A stretch of DNA of 64,000 nt from an uncultured Clostridia bacterium (GTDB lineage: Bacteria; Bacillota; Clostridia; Christensenellales; Borkfalkiaceae): the NCBI GenBank assembly GCA_930990665.1, contig CAKNQN010000006.1, positions 17,122-81,121 of the forward strand, in the 5' to 3' direction. Within the stretch, counting starts at the first letter, position 1; every line of letters begins with the position of its first letter. Positions 52,605 to 62,324 of this stretch are shown piece by piece. A program made the translations under genes and the position numbers. The notes below the pieces were generated by a model. It worked only from the letters and a program-made list of their open reading frames with translations. It searched no databases and had not been told where the DNA came from.

Positions 52605-54209
52605 TTACAGCACCTCATAGGCGGGGAGCGAGCCCGTCAGATCGTACGTTGCGAGATAATGGCGCGGATTTTCGATGCCGCTGACCGAAAGAAGGTACAG
52701 ACAGGCCGTATCCGTAACATAGGAGAAAACCTCCAGCTGCGCGGTTTCCGCCTCCGCGGCGGTCAGATTCACCGATCCCAGGTTATCGGAAATATCGAAA
52801 AGATCGTAGAAAACGCCTTCCTCCGTCAGGGCAAAGCGAGTTGTAACCTTCGACTCGGATCCCGCCAGGGTGCCGATGCGGACCGCCTGTCTGCCCGACA
52901 GGACGTAAACGTACAGGAAGTATTTCGACGCGGAACCGTCGCTCTGCTCCTCCTCCGTTATGTAATAGACTTTTCCGCCGTACACCCCCTGCAAAACGGC
53001 GCCTTCGGGCAGGTCGAATACCTCTTTCGTGTTCGTGTCGTATATGGTTTTGCCGTCTATGTCCGTAAAATAACCGTCTCCCGCCCATGTTGCCTCGTAA
53101 AAAGAGGAAATATCCGCATACAGATACCCGTTTTTGTAGACGTTCGACTGCGAATCATTCGCGAGGATCAAAAAGCCGTCCCCCACGGACACCATGAGAG
53201 AGGCGCCCGGCAGAAGGGATTGCAGATCGACGTATACTTTTCCGTTTATGTCGAAAGTCTGCAGATACGTCTGCGCGGAAAGCGTCTTGTTTTTCAGGAT
53301 CTTCTGCCCCGAAAGTACCGCATAGCGGTCGGGATCGGCGGAACTCTGGCTCCCCGTCACAAGCAGATCGACCGCAAGCTCGCCGCCGCGGCCGGTGACG
53401 ACGTCGAAATAGAATGTCTGCAGATCGTATTTGGTACTCCCTGCATAATAATCGTAATCGGACGCGTCGTCGGGCAGCGGCACGCGGTACTGCGTAAACA
53501 GACGGCTTCCCACCTGCCAATTCCGCGAAGGCGAGACGTCCGGAAGTGCACAGGCGACGCTTGCATCCGTCGTGCGAAGGTACTTGCCCGCGCGGTCGAA
53601 TACGGCGTAAACGGAACCGCTCCCTTCGGTGACATAGAAATTCCCCAGTTTCTGCGCGTTGGCCAAGGTGGCGATCGGATGAAGACCCCGCTCGCCGTAA
53701 TACACTTTACCCGTCACGTCCTTGTAGATCACTTTGCCGTCTTCAAAGGTGCCGATGCCGTCCGTCACCGTGAACGTGGATACGCCCTGCGAGACGGTCT
53801 GCACCTTTTCGGCGCCGTCATAAAAGGTAAAGGTATAGGTGTACGTCAGATCGGGCACGGTGCCTCGCGTTTCGCTTTCGATCGTATAATAGAACCCCGT
53901 ATACCCGTTCATGGTCATAAATTCCACCGACGCGGTCTGCGCCATCTCGCCGGTGTTCAGGTCGTACAGGGCGTACTCGATGTCATCCGTCTGCTGCCTG
54001 TACGCCATTGCGATGCCGCTCGCATCCACCCCTGCGACGGTATACCCCTCGAGCGCGGACACCTGCACCGAAGAGATGCGCCCGCCGATGCCGTACGGAT
54101 CGCGCAAGCCCTCCGCGGGACCGGGGTCCTTTTGGCACCCCGCCATGCTCAAAGCGAGAACGGCCGCGAGCGCGGCACTCCCGATCGCCAGAATTCTTTT
54201 CTTTTTCAT
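52605..54209 (-). CDS. lipoprotein of unknown function (beta-rich)
   Basis: Signal peptide with lipobox MAG-C; GGAG RBS; Y/T/D-rich beta-strand pattern. Confidence 0.8.
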   Translation of the reverse strand: MKKKRILAIGSAALAAVLALSMAGCQKDPGPAEGLRDPYGIGGRISSVQVSALEGYTVAGVDASGIAMAYRQQTDDIEYALYDLNTGEMAQTASVEFMTMNGYTGFYYTIESETRGTVPDLTYTYTFTFYDGAEKVQTVSQGVSTFTVTDGIGTFEDGKVIYKDVTGKVYYGERGLHPIATLANAQKLGNFYVTEGSGSVYAVFDRAGKYLRTTDASVACALPDVSPSRNWQVGSRLFTQYRVPLPDDASDYDYYAGSTKYDLQTFYFDVVTGRGGELAVDLLVTGSQSSADPDRYAVLSGQKILKNKTLSAQTYLQTFDINGKVYVDLQSLLPGASLMVSVGDGFLILANDSQSNVYKNGYLYADISSFYEATWAGDGYFTDIDGKTIYDTNTKEVFDLPEGAVLQGVYGGKVYYITEEEQSDGSASKYFLYVYVLSGRQAVRIGTLAGSESKVTTRFALTEEGVFYDLFDISDNLGSVNLTAAEAETAQLEVFSYVTDTACLYLLSVSGIENPRHYLATYDLTGSLPAYEVL

Positions 54210-54301
54210 ATTTCTCCCCTCCTATGCTTCGATTATAACCCGAAAGTCTGCCCTTGTCAATCTTTCGCCAAAAATCTCTCTCTTCCGACAAGCTTTTCCG
54301 G

Positions 54302-54338
54302 AAAAAAAAGGGCGGCTTTCCGGGGAAAGCCGCCCCTT
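54302..54338 (-). terminator. rho-independent terminator of pckG
   Basis: GGGCGGCTTTCC-loop-GGAAAGCCGCCC then a T-run on the minus strand. Confidence 0.75.
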
Positions 54339-54352
54339 GTGCTGTGCGTAAA

Positions 54353-56143
54353 TTATTTGTTGAGGTTGGCTTTGAGAGCCGCAAGCTCGTCGGACAGCTC
54401 TTTCGGGAGCCTGTCGCCGAACTGCTTGTAGAACTCTTCGATGCCCTCGGCCTCTTTCTTCCACGTCTCTTTGTCGACCGTCAGGATCTCCTGCAGCGTC
54501 TCTTTCGTCACGTCGGCGCCTTCGATGTTGATGTCCTCCGCCTTCGGAACATACCCGATCGGCGTTTCGACCGCGTCTACCTTGCCTTCGCAGCGCTTGA
54601 TGATCCATTCGAGCACGCGCATGTTGTCGCCGAAGCCCGGCCACAGGAAGTGACCTTCGTCGTCCAGACGGAACCAGTTGACGTTAAAGATCTTGGGCTG
54701 ATGCGCGACTTTCGTGCCCATCTCGATCCAGTGTTTGAAATAGTCGCCCATGTTGTAGCCGCAGAACGGACGCATCGCCATCGGGTCGCGGCGGACGACG
54801 CCGACCGCACCGGTCGCAGCAGCCGTCGTTTCCGATGCCATGATGGAACCTACGAACACGCCGTTGTTCCAGCTCTTGCTCTGATACACCAGCGGAGCCG
54901 TCTTCGCGCGGCGGCCGCCGAATACGATCGCCGACAGAGGCACGCCCTTCGGGTTGTCGAATTCCTTGCTGATGCAAGGGCAGTTCCTGGCAGGCGCCGT
55001 GAAACGGCTGTTCGGATGCGCGCCCTTGACGCCTTTCGCCCTGTCTTCTTCCGTCCAGGGGTTGCCCTTCCAGTCCACCGCGTTCTTGGGCGGGTTCTTG
55101 TCCAGCCCCTCCCACCAGACGGTGTTGTTGTCCAGGTTGTGCGCGACGTTGGTGAAAATGGTGCCGCGCTGGGTGGTGTGCAGTGCGTTGGGGTTGGATT
55201 TCTCGTTGGTGCCGGGCGCCACGCCGAAAAATCCGTTCTCCGGGTTCATCGCCCACAGCCTGCCGTCCGCACCCACGCGGATCCAGGCGATGTCGTCGCC
55301 GACCGTCCAGATCTTGTATCCCTTTTCACGATAGATCTGCGGCGGAATGAGCATGGCAAGGTTGGTCTTGCCGCAGGCGGAAGGGAAGGCCGCCGCAATG
55401 TATTTGACGTCGCCGTCCGGTTTTTCAAAACCGAGAATGAGCATGTGCTCGGCCATCCAGCCCTCGTTCTTGCCGAGATAGGATGCGATGCGCAGCGCAA
55501 AACACTTTTTGCCCAGAAGCACGTTTCCGCCGTAGCCGCTGTTGCACGACCAGATGGTGTCGTCTTCGGGGAAATGCAGGATGTAACGCTTGCTCTCGTC
55601 CAGCTGGCACTTGGAATGCAGGCCCTTGACAAAGTCGCCGTCCTTGCCCAGCGCTTTGTATACGTCCATGCCCACGCGCGTCATGATCTCCATGTTCAGC
55701 ACGACGTAGATGCTGTCCGTCAGCTCGATGCCGATCTTGGCAAACTCCGAGCCGACGATGCCCATGCTGTACGGAATGACATACATCGTCCTGCCCTTCA
55801 TGGAGCCTTTGAAGATCTCGCCCGCCATTTTATAGGCTTCCTGCGGGTCCATCCAGTTGTTGATGGGGCCGGCGTCTTCCTTGTTTTTGCAGCAGATGAA
55901 GGTCCTGTCTTCCACGCGCGCGACGTCGTTGACTGCCGTGCGGTGCAGGTAGCACTCGGGAAGAAGATCTTCGTTGAGCTTGATCATCTCGCCCGTTGCG
56001 CAGGCTTCGGCACGCAGTGCGTCGCGCTGGGCGGCGCTGCCGTCGATCCACACGATCTTATCGGGCTGGCAGAGCTGTGCGCTCTCTTCCACGAAGCGAA
56101 GCACTTTTTCGTTGTCTGTAAGTGCTTTTCCGATGTTTGCCAT
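54353..56143 (-). CDS. pckG: phosphoenolpyruvate carboxykinase (GTP)
   Basis: DVARVEDRT, SGYGGN, GKKCFALRIAS, AFPSACGKTNLAM, VGDDIAW, AHPNSRFT, NVNWFR. Confidence 0.97.
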   Translation of the reverse strand: MANIGKALTDNEKVLRFVEESAQLCQPDKIVWIDGSAAQRDALRAEACATGEMIKLNEDLLPECYLHRTAVNDVARVEDRTFICCKNKEDAGPINNWMDPQEAYKMAGEIFKGSMKGRTMYVIPYSMGIVGSEFAKIGIELTDSIYVVLNMEIMTRVGMDVYKALGKDGDFVKGLHSKCQLDESKRYILHFPEDDTIWSCNSGYGGNVLLGKKCFALRIASYLGKNEGWMAEHMLILGFEKPDGDVKYIAAAFPSACGKTNLAMLIPPQIYREKGYKIWTVGDDIAWIRVGADGRLWAMNPENGFFGVAPGTNEKSNPNALHTTQRGTIFTNVAHNLDNNTVWWEGLDKNPPKNAVDWKGNPWTEEDRAKGVKGAHPNSRFTAPARNCPCISKEFDNPKGVPLSAIVFGGRRAKTAPLVYQSKSWNNGVFVGSIMASETTAAATGAVGVVRRDPMAMRPFCGYNMGDYFKHWIEMGTKVAHQPKIFNVNWFRLDDEGHFLWPGFGDNMRVLEWIIKRCEGKVDAVETPIGYVPKAEDINIEGADVTKETLQEILTVDKETWKKEAEGIEEFYKQFGDRLPKELSDELAALKANLNK

Positions 56144-56436
56144 GGCTTATATCTCCTTATAAAACAATTTGACAATTTCCTGTCGCGGTCCTTTTTTTAC
56201 CGCTTACTACCATTATAACCCTTTTTTTTCAAAAAGTAAACTTTTTCGCGGGGGTTTTTCGCAAGCCTTGCAAAGGCACCCGATCGCCCGCGCGCAGACA
56301 AATCGGCAAACTTCGACCTTTTTCGGCAAAACTGTGTATTTTCACGGCGCGCCGCGCATATAAAATAGAATACGGAAAAATCGGCACAGCCGAAAAGGGC
56401 ATGCGGCCGGCCGCATGCCGCGCAGGGGGGACTCGG

Positions 56437-57474
56437 ATGGTCTATGTAAAAAAACTTTGTATTCTCAAACAGGTCGCCTCGGGCTTTGCGGCGGACGGGA
56501 AAAAGGTCTCCGCCCTGCTGACGGCGGAAAAGACGGGCGGGCGGCTGAGCCTTTCGCTGGCGCTCATCGGCTTTGCCCCCCTCTCGGCGGGCAGATACCG
56601 CTTTCTTGTGTGCGACGCGCACGGCACGGCGGAGAGTTTTGACATCCCCTCCCCCGCCGGCACGACGGTGAAAAAGCTGAGCAGTCTCGAGATCGCCGAC
56701 GGATTCTGCTGCCTCGTCTGCTTTGCGGGCGGAAAGGTGACCCCCGTCGCCTTCGGAAAGTGCGGCGACAGGACGTACGACCTCAAAAAGATGTGCGCCC
56801 TGCTGGCCGAGGAGGACGCGCCCGCCAAAAACGGAGAGAGCGCGCCCGCCAAGACGGGTGAGAGCGCGGCGCAGGGGCGCGCAAAAGAGCAGCACGGCGA
56901 AGAGAAGGAAGTACAGGAAGAGGGGGCGGCGTTGCCGCCTTCGCCGCCGCCCTACGACGACGAGGTGGTGGCGACGCAGAACTATTACGAACTGGAAAGG
57001 GAGGCACGGGCGAAAAATGGAAGCGCGGACGGGAAAGCGGATGAAAAGGGAGAAGGCGGAAAAGACGCTGGAGAAGATGAAGATGCTCAAAGCCTATTCC
57101 GATTCGCGGGGAGCGAAGGCGGCGCAGGCGATGAAGGAGCTTGCTATTACGAGACGGTGAAGGAGAACATCGAGCGGCTGTTCGAGAAGTTTCCGCCCGA
57201 AGAACAGCTGGCGGAGAGCATTCCCTTTTCGCGCTGGGCAAAGGTGGCGTTTGCGCACGGAAAATACTATACGGTGGGCGTGATCTGCGACGAAAAGAAG
57301 CCCAAATACATCTGTTACGGAGTCCCTGCCGAAAAGTACGGCGACCCGCCCGACGCGCTCAAAGGGTTTTGTTCCTTTCTGCCCCTGTCCGTCTTCGACA
57401 CGCGCGGAAAGGGGTACTGGATGATGTTTCAGGACGCGGAGACGGGCGCCTGCGTAAAGATCGCGCAGAAATAA
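56437..57474 (+). CDS. conserved clostridial hypothetical protein (two domains plus acidic linker), possibly sporulation-related
   Basis: Start ATG 56437; PPYDDEVVATQNYY linker motif; C-terminal IPFSRWAKV..YYTVGVI..YICYGVP..GYWMMFQ. Confidence 0.75.
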   Translation: MVYVKKLCILKQVASGFAADGKKVSALLTAEKTGGRLSLSLALIGFAPLSAGRYRFLVCDAHGTAESFDIPSPAGTTVKKLSSLEIADGFCCLVCFAGGKVTPVAFGKCGDRTYDLKKMCALLAEEDAPAKNGESAPAKTGESAAQGRAKEQHGEEKEVQEEGAALPPSPPPYDDEVVATQNYYELEREARAKNGSADGKADEKGEGGKDAGEDEDAQSLFRFAGSEGGAGDEGACYYETVKENIERLFEKFPPEEQLAESIPFSRWAKVAFAHGKYYTVGVICDEKKPKYICYGVPAEKYGDPPDALKGFCSFLPLSVFDTRGKGYWMMFQDAETGACVKIAQK

Positions 57475-57804
57475 ATTCCGCGGCGCGCAAACTTTTTGCG
57501 CCTGCGTGAAGATCAAAAAAATTTTGCGGCGCGCAGACTTTTTGCAACCGCGAAAAGATCACAAAAAATTCCGCATGCTTTCCCGGCGGGCATCGTCCGC
57601 CCGGAAAGACATTCAGACAAAGGACGCGCCCGCCGCATTCATGCGGCGGGCGCGTCCTTCCGTTTCTGTAAAACGTGCTCCGTTTTCTTCTGTAAAATGC
57701 GCTCCGTTTCCGGAAAGGCTTTCGCCCCTTTTTCCGCGCTCAGCCCATATCTTAAAAATAAAAGTACGGAAAGCCCCGAAAGGCTTTCCGCACGATGCTG
57801 TCTT

Positions 57805-59640
57805 TTATTCGAGAACCGCCTTGATGCGGCGCACGCCCGCCGAGGAGGACTGTTCTTTTACGATCCGGAAATGTCCCAGCTCGCCCGTGTGTTTCGCGTG
57901 CGGGCCGCCGCACATCTCGCGCGAAAAATTGCCGATCGAATAGGTCTTGACGACGTCGCCGTACTTGGAATCGAATACGCCGACGATCCCCTCTTCCCGC
58001 GCCTTTTCGTAGGGCATCTCCTCGAACACGACGGGGAGATCTTCGCGGATCTTTTCGTTGACGAGATCTTCGACCGTCTTGATCTCTTCGGCGGTCATCG
58101 GACGCTCGAAATTGAAGTCGAAACGCAGACGCTCGGGCGTGATGTTGCTGCCCTTCTGGTTGATATCGGGCGAAAGCACCGCTTTGAGCGCCGCGTTCAG
58201 AAGGTGGGTCGCGGTGTGCAGGCGGGTGGTCGCCTCGCCCGTGTCCGAAAGGCCGCCCTTGAATTCGCCCGCCGAAACCTGCGCGTGGCTCTTTTCCTGG
58301 TGCTCCTTGAACGCCTCGGCAAACCCCGCTTCGTCCACCGTGTAGCCGCGCTCCGCCGCCAGCTCCACCGTCAGCTCGAGCGGGAATCCGTAGGTGTCGT
58401 ACAGCTTGAACGCCGCCTTGCCGCCGATCGCCGTCTCTTTCACGTACTCCGGATCCTTCGCAGACATGAACTGGTTCTTGCGCTCGATGCCCGCGATCGT
58501 CTTTTCAAATTCCTTGATGCCCTTTTCGAGGGTGGATTCGAACCTCTCGATCTCGCGGCCGATCTCCTGCAGAATGTATTCCTCTTTCTGCGGCAGGAGC
58601 GGGTATGCCTCGCCGTAGACCTCTTCGATGAACACTTTGGCCACGCCCAGCATCTCCGTGCTGGGAATGCCCAGCGCGCGGCAATAGCGGATGGCGCGGC
58701 GCATGAGCCGACGCAGAATGTACCCCGCCCCCGTGTTGGAGGGCAGGATCCCGTTCACGTCGCCGATGAGCATGACCGTCGTGCGGGTGTGGTCGGCGAT
58801 GATGCGCATCGCCTTTCTGTCTTCCCCGCCGTCGTCGTACTTTTTGCCCGATACCTTTTCCAAATAGGCGATCGCGCCGCTGAACAGGTCCGTCTTGTAC
58901 CCGTCCGTCAGCCCGTTCAAAAAGGCGAGCATGCGGTCCAGACCGAATCCGGTGTCTACGTTCTTGTTTTCCAGCGGAACATAGCCGTTTTCCGTCTTCT
59001 TATACTGCATGTACACGTCGTTGCCGATCTCGACGTACCGCCCGCAGGGACAGTTGATGTCGCAGGGCTTGCGGCCGCATTCCTTGTCGGTGAGGGGGTA
59101 GAACCACTCGTTGTCCGGCCCGCAGGGGGTGCCCACCGTGCCTTCCAGCTCCCACCAGTTGTTGGACTTGTCCAAATAGAAGATGTTCTCGCGGCGGATG
59201 CCGAGCTTGACCAGAAGCTCCGCCGTCTCGTCGTCGCGCGGCGCCGATTCGTTGCCCGCAAAGACCGTCGAACAGATCTTGTCCTTGTCCAGCCCGAAAA
59301 CCTTCGTCAGAAGCTCGAAAGACCAGGCCGTCTTTTCCTTTTTGAAATAATCCCCGAGCGACCAGTTGCCCATCATCTCGAAGAATGTGAAGTGCGTCGC
59401 GTCGCCGACCGATTCGATGTCGACCGTGCGCACGCAGCCCTGCACGTTGCACAGCCGCTTGCCCGCCGGGTGCGGCTTGCCCAAAAGATAGGGCATCAGC
59501 GGCTGCATGCCTGCCACGTTGAACATGACGCCCGTCGTGCCGTCGCCGATCAGCGACACCGCGCCGATGTTGACGTGCCCCTTGCTCTCATAGAATGACA
59601 GCCATTTGCTGCGCAGTTCCTTGGATGTGATCTTATTCAT
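57805..59640 (-). CDS. alaS: alanine--tRNA ligase (short form without C-Ala)
   Basis: FNVAGMQP, HFTFFEMMGNWSLGDYFK, DTGFGLDR, IIADH, FKLYDTYGFP, editing motifs HTATH and CGGPH; ends GVRRIKAVLE. Confidence 0.95.
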   Translation of the reverse strand: MNKITSKELRSKWLSFYESKGHVNIGAVSLIGDGTTGVMFNVAGMQPLMPYLLGKPHPAGKRLCNVQGCVRTVDIESVGDATHFTFFEMMGNWSLGDYFKKEKTAWSFELLTKVFGLDKDKICSTVFAGNESAPRDDETAELLVKLGIRRENIFYLDKSNNWWELEGTVGTPCGPDNEWFYPLTDKECGRKPCDINCPCGRYVEIGNDVYMQYKKTENGYVPLENKNVDTGFGLDRMLAFLNGLTDGYKTDLFSGAIAYLEKVSGKKYDDGGEDRKAMRIIADHTRTTVMLIGDVNGILPSNTGAGYILRRLMRRAIRYCRALGIPSTEMLGVAKVFIEEVYGEAYPLLPQKEEYILQEIGREIERFESTLEKGIKEFEKTIAGIERKNQFMSAKDPEYVKETAIGGKAAFKLYDTYGFPLELTVELAAERGYTVDEAGFAEAFKEHQEKSHAQVSAGEFKGGLSDTGEATTRLHTATHLLNAALKAVLSPDINQKGSNITPERLRFDFNFERPMTAEEIKTVEDLVNEKIREDLPVVFEEMPYEKAREEGIVGVFDSKYGDVVKTYSIGNFSREMCGGPHAKHTGELGHFRIVKEQSSSAGVRRIKAVLE

Positions 59641-60352
59641 TGCCGTTTTCCTCGCTTGCGTTATTCTCGTCCTTTTCCCGCTCCGCCGGCACGGGGAAGA
59701 GCTCTTCCTTCGTGCATTCGAATTTTTCGCCCGTCAGTTTTTCCAGCGCCGCTTCCAGCTTATGTATGCGGCATTTCAGCGCGCGGATCTCTTCGGCGTT
59801 CGGGTCCGTCTTTTCCTGCAGAAGATCGGGCTTTTCGCCGCGGATGCGCACGACCCTGCCCGGCACGCCCACGACCGTCGCGTGCGGCGGGACCTCCTTG
59901 AGCACGACCGCGCCCGCGCCGATCTTCGCGCCCTCGCCCACCGTGAACCCGCCGAGTACCTTGGCGCCCGCCGAGAGGATGACGTTCTTTTCGATGGTCG
60001 GATGACGCTTGCCCTTTTCCTTGCCCGTGCCGCCGAGCGTGACGCCCTGGTAGATCACGACGCCGCTCTTTACCTCGGCCGTCTCCCCGATCACGACGCC
60101 CATGCCGTGGTCGATGAACACCCCGCCTTCGATCTTCGCCGCCGGGTGGATCTCGATGCCGGTGAGAAATTTCGCCAGCTGCGAAACCATCCGCGCCAGA
60201 AGTTTGAGATGCATTTTATACAGCCTGTTCGCAAAACGGTGCCACGAAAGCGCGTGCACGCCCGAATAGGTCAGCCATATTTCGAACTTGTTGCGCGCCG
60301 CCGGGTCGTTGTTCTTGGCCGCCTCGATGTCGGCGCGGAGACGCTTGAACAT
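59633..60352 (-). CDS. cysE: serine O-acetyltransferase
   Basis: DPAA, TGIEIHPAA, FIDHGMGVVIGET, GVTLGGTGKEKGKRHPT, VVGVPGR. Confidence 0.93.
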   Translation of the reverse strand: MFKRLRADIEAAKNNDPAARNKFEIWLTYSGVHALSWHRFANRLYKMHLKLLARMVSQLAKFLTGIEIHPAAKIEGGVFIDHGMGVVIGETAEVKSGVVIYQGVTLGGTGKEKGKRHPTIEKNVILSAGAKVLGGFTVGEGAKIGAGAVVLKEVPPHATVVGVPGRVVRIRGEKPDLLQEKTDPNAEEIRALKCRIHKLEAALEKLTGEKFECTKEELFPVPAEREKDENNASEENGNE

Positions 60353-60469
60353 GGTCTTTCCTCCTTTTCCCGCGGGAAATTTCCTTCCGCCGCGGCGCGC
60401 ATCGCCTTTTGCGACCGCCTGTCTCTTCTATCAGTATATGAGATACGGAAATTTCTGTGCGACTCTTCC

Positions 60470-61093
60470 TCAGAGGATGCGGCGGATATGAAACTCGTCG
60501 AACGCCCGCCCGATCATCTCGGTGTTGAATACGCGGTAGTCGATGAGATAGCGGACGACCACGTCGCGCGCGTCTTCAAAACTGAAAGAGGCCCCGCAGA
60601 TCTTCATCAGCGTGTCGCAGTCCTCCCGCCGCATGCCCAAAAGCAGAAACAGCTTGTAAAGGAGCACCTTTTCGGGGATATAATACCCCTTGAGCACGTT
60701 CTTCCAAAGTTTTTCGTCCACGCCCAGCCGGCCCGCCAGAGAGGCGGGGTCTTCGCCGTATTTGCGCACGACCGTCTTGACCGCGTGCCCGGTAAAGCTC
60801 TTGCCGAACAGGGCGGCCACCCGCTTTCTCCACGGCGCTACGCGGACGGAAAAGGAAAAATTGTCGTCCACATACCGCTCCTTCAGTTCGGCAAGCACCT
60901 TCTCCGCCTGCGGCTGGTAGACGATCTTGCGCATCTCGTTGGACGCGTAGTCCCCTTCCTCGATGCGGTTGCGGTTTCTAAGGACCATGGATATGGTCAC
61001 CGATTCGTACGACGGCATCGAACTGATGCGGTCAAAATTGGTGTATTGCTTGCTGAAATATTCGTTCAGGTCGCGGATCAGATCATCGCTCAT
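60470..61093 (-). CDS. hypothetical protein with a C-terminal XRE-like HTH
   Basis: LAGRLGVDEKLWKNVLKGYYIPEK helix-turn-helix pattern; own TTGAGT-N16-TATAAT promoter (61158-61131). Confidence 0.7.
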   Translation of the reverse strand: MSDDLIRDLNEYFSKQYTNFDRISSMPSYESVTISMVLRNRNRIEEGDYASNEMRKIVYQPQAEKVLAELKERYVDDNFSFSVRVAPWRKRVAALFGKSFTGHAVKTVVRKYGEDPASLAGRLGVDEKLWKNVLKGYYIPEKVLLYKLFLLLGMRREDCDTLMKICGASFSFEDARDVVVRYLIDYRVFNTEMIGRAFDEFHIRRIL

Positions 61094-61204
61094 GGCGCCG
61101 CCTCGCTCGTTCGGAATTTGTTCTGCTACTATTATACATTTTTTCGCCGAAAACTCAATGCTTTTTAGGCCGCGTAAAAAATTTTTTTGAAGAAAGTGTC
61201 AGAC

Positions 61205-61257
61205 TTTCACAAATAATGTAAAATTCCGTTGCGCTTTTTTGTGAAATATGTTATAAT
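61205..61257 (+). promoter_or_regulatory. sigmaA promoter of the DeoR gene with a flanking inverted repeat
   Basis: TTGCGC-N17-TATAAT with extended TG; TTTCACAAA (61205) / TTTGTGAAA (61238) inverted repeat. Confidence 0.6.
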
Positions 61258-61300
61258 ACCCGCGTACAAAAAGTATTTTATTTTCACGGAGGATTTTACT

Positions 61301-62059
61301 ACGAAACGCAACAGAATCGACGAGATCGCACTGCTCATCGAGAAGAACGGAAAAATGAGCCTGGAAGAGCTGGCAAAGCAGTTTCCCGACGTTTCCGACA
61401 TGACGCTGCGCCGCGATCTCTTGGAATTGGAAAAAGAAAATAAGGTCATCCGCGTGCGGGGCGGGGCGATGTCCGTACTCGAGGTGCAAAAGCGCTCGGG
61501 CGAGGCGTACGCACAGAAATCCACCACCAACACCGACGCGAAAAAGACCATCGCCAAAAAGGCCGCCTCCCTCATCGACGAGGGGGTGAGCATGTTCCTC
61601 GACGGCGGCACCACCGCGCTGTACCTGGCCAAAGAGCTCCCCGACAGGCCCTGCCACATCTTCACCAACGGCCTGGCCGTCGCCGAAGAGCTCAGCCACA
61701 AAAAACAGCCCGAAGTCGTGCTCGTGGGCGGCACCCTCATCAAGGAGAACCTCTCCACCGCCTCCCCCTATACCAAGGTGTTCCTCGAAAACACCAACTT
61801 CGAACTGGCCATCATCTCCGCCTCCGCCTTCTCCTTCGAACAGGGATTTTCCTGCGTTTCGCAGGTGGAGAGCGACCTGCTCAAATTCATCCTCTCGCGC
61901 GCCAAGATGGTGTACATGATGCTGGATACCTCCAAGATCGGCAAGATCATGCCCTACACCTTCGCCTCGCCCGATGACATCGACGTGCTCATCACCGACG
62001 AAAACTTTGCGCCGGACGTCAAGAAAAAATTCGAGGAAAAGAACATCGTTGTCATCTGA
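61301..62059 (+). CDS. DeoR/GlpR-family transcriptional regulator (apparent ACG start)
   Basis: VSDMTLRRDLLELE, RVRGGA, FLDGGTT, IFTNGL, LVGG, DTSKIG, IDVLITD; GGAGGA RBS 7 nt upstream of ACG 61301. Confidence 0.88.
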   Translation, partial: TKRNRIDEIALLIEKNGKMSLEELAKQFPDVSDMTLRRDLLELEKENKVIRVRGGAMSVLEVQKRSGEAYAQKSTTNTDAKKTIAKKAASLIDEGVSMFLDGGTTALYLAKELPDRPCHIFTNGLAVAEELSHKKQPEVVLVGGTLIKENLSTASPYTKVFLENTNFELAIISASAFSFEQGFSCVSQVESDLLKFILSRAKMVYMMLDTSKIGKIMPYTFASPDDIDVLITDENFAPDVKKKFEEKNIVVI

Positions 62060-62089
62060 GTCCTTCTTTCGGTAAAAAGCCGCCCGCGG

Positions 62090-62324
62090 CGGTGCCGTGT
62101 GCACCCGCCTGCCCGCGGCTTTTTTCAGACTCGGCAGACCGTAACAAATCGGTGCCGTGTGCACCCGCCTGCCCGCGGCTTTTTTCAGACTCGGCAGACC
62201 GTAACAAATCGGTGCCGTGTGCACTGTCTGTCCGCGAGTTTTTTCAGACTCGGCAGATTGTGAAAGGCGGTGCCGTGTGCATCGCCTGCCCGCGGCTTTT
62301 TTCAGACTCGGCAAATTGTGACAA
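62090..62324. repeat. ~60-bp tandem repeat, four copies
   Basis: CGGTGCCGTGTGCACCCGCCTGCCCGCGGCTTTTTTCAGACTCGGCAGACCGTAACAAAT at 62090 and 62150 (identical), 62210 and 62268 (diverged). Confidence 0.92.

Noticed and set aside
60353-60469. T-box riboswitch upstream of cysE-alaS
   Set aside because: The spacer is too short and I found no T-box (AAGGTGGNACCGCG-like) motif.
946-61168. Many other long antisense ORFs (e.g. 946-2562, 13072-15288, 15258-17609, 35086-37230, 52371-54431, 54254-56218, 57496-59598)
   Set aside because: They mirror well-supported genes on the opposite strand and have R/A/G/V-rich, motif-free translations.
62090-62324. CRISPR array
   Set aside because: Whole units are duplicated with no unique spacers, so this is a tandem repeat.
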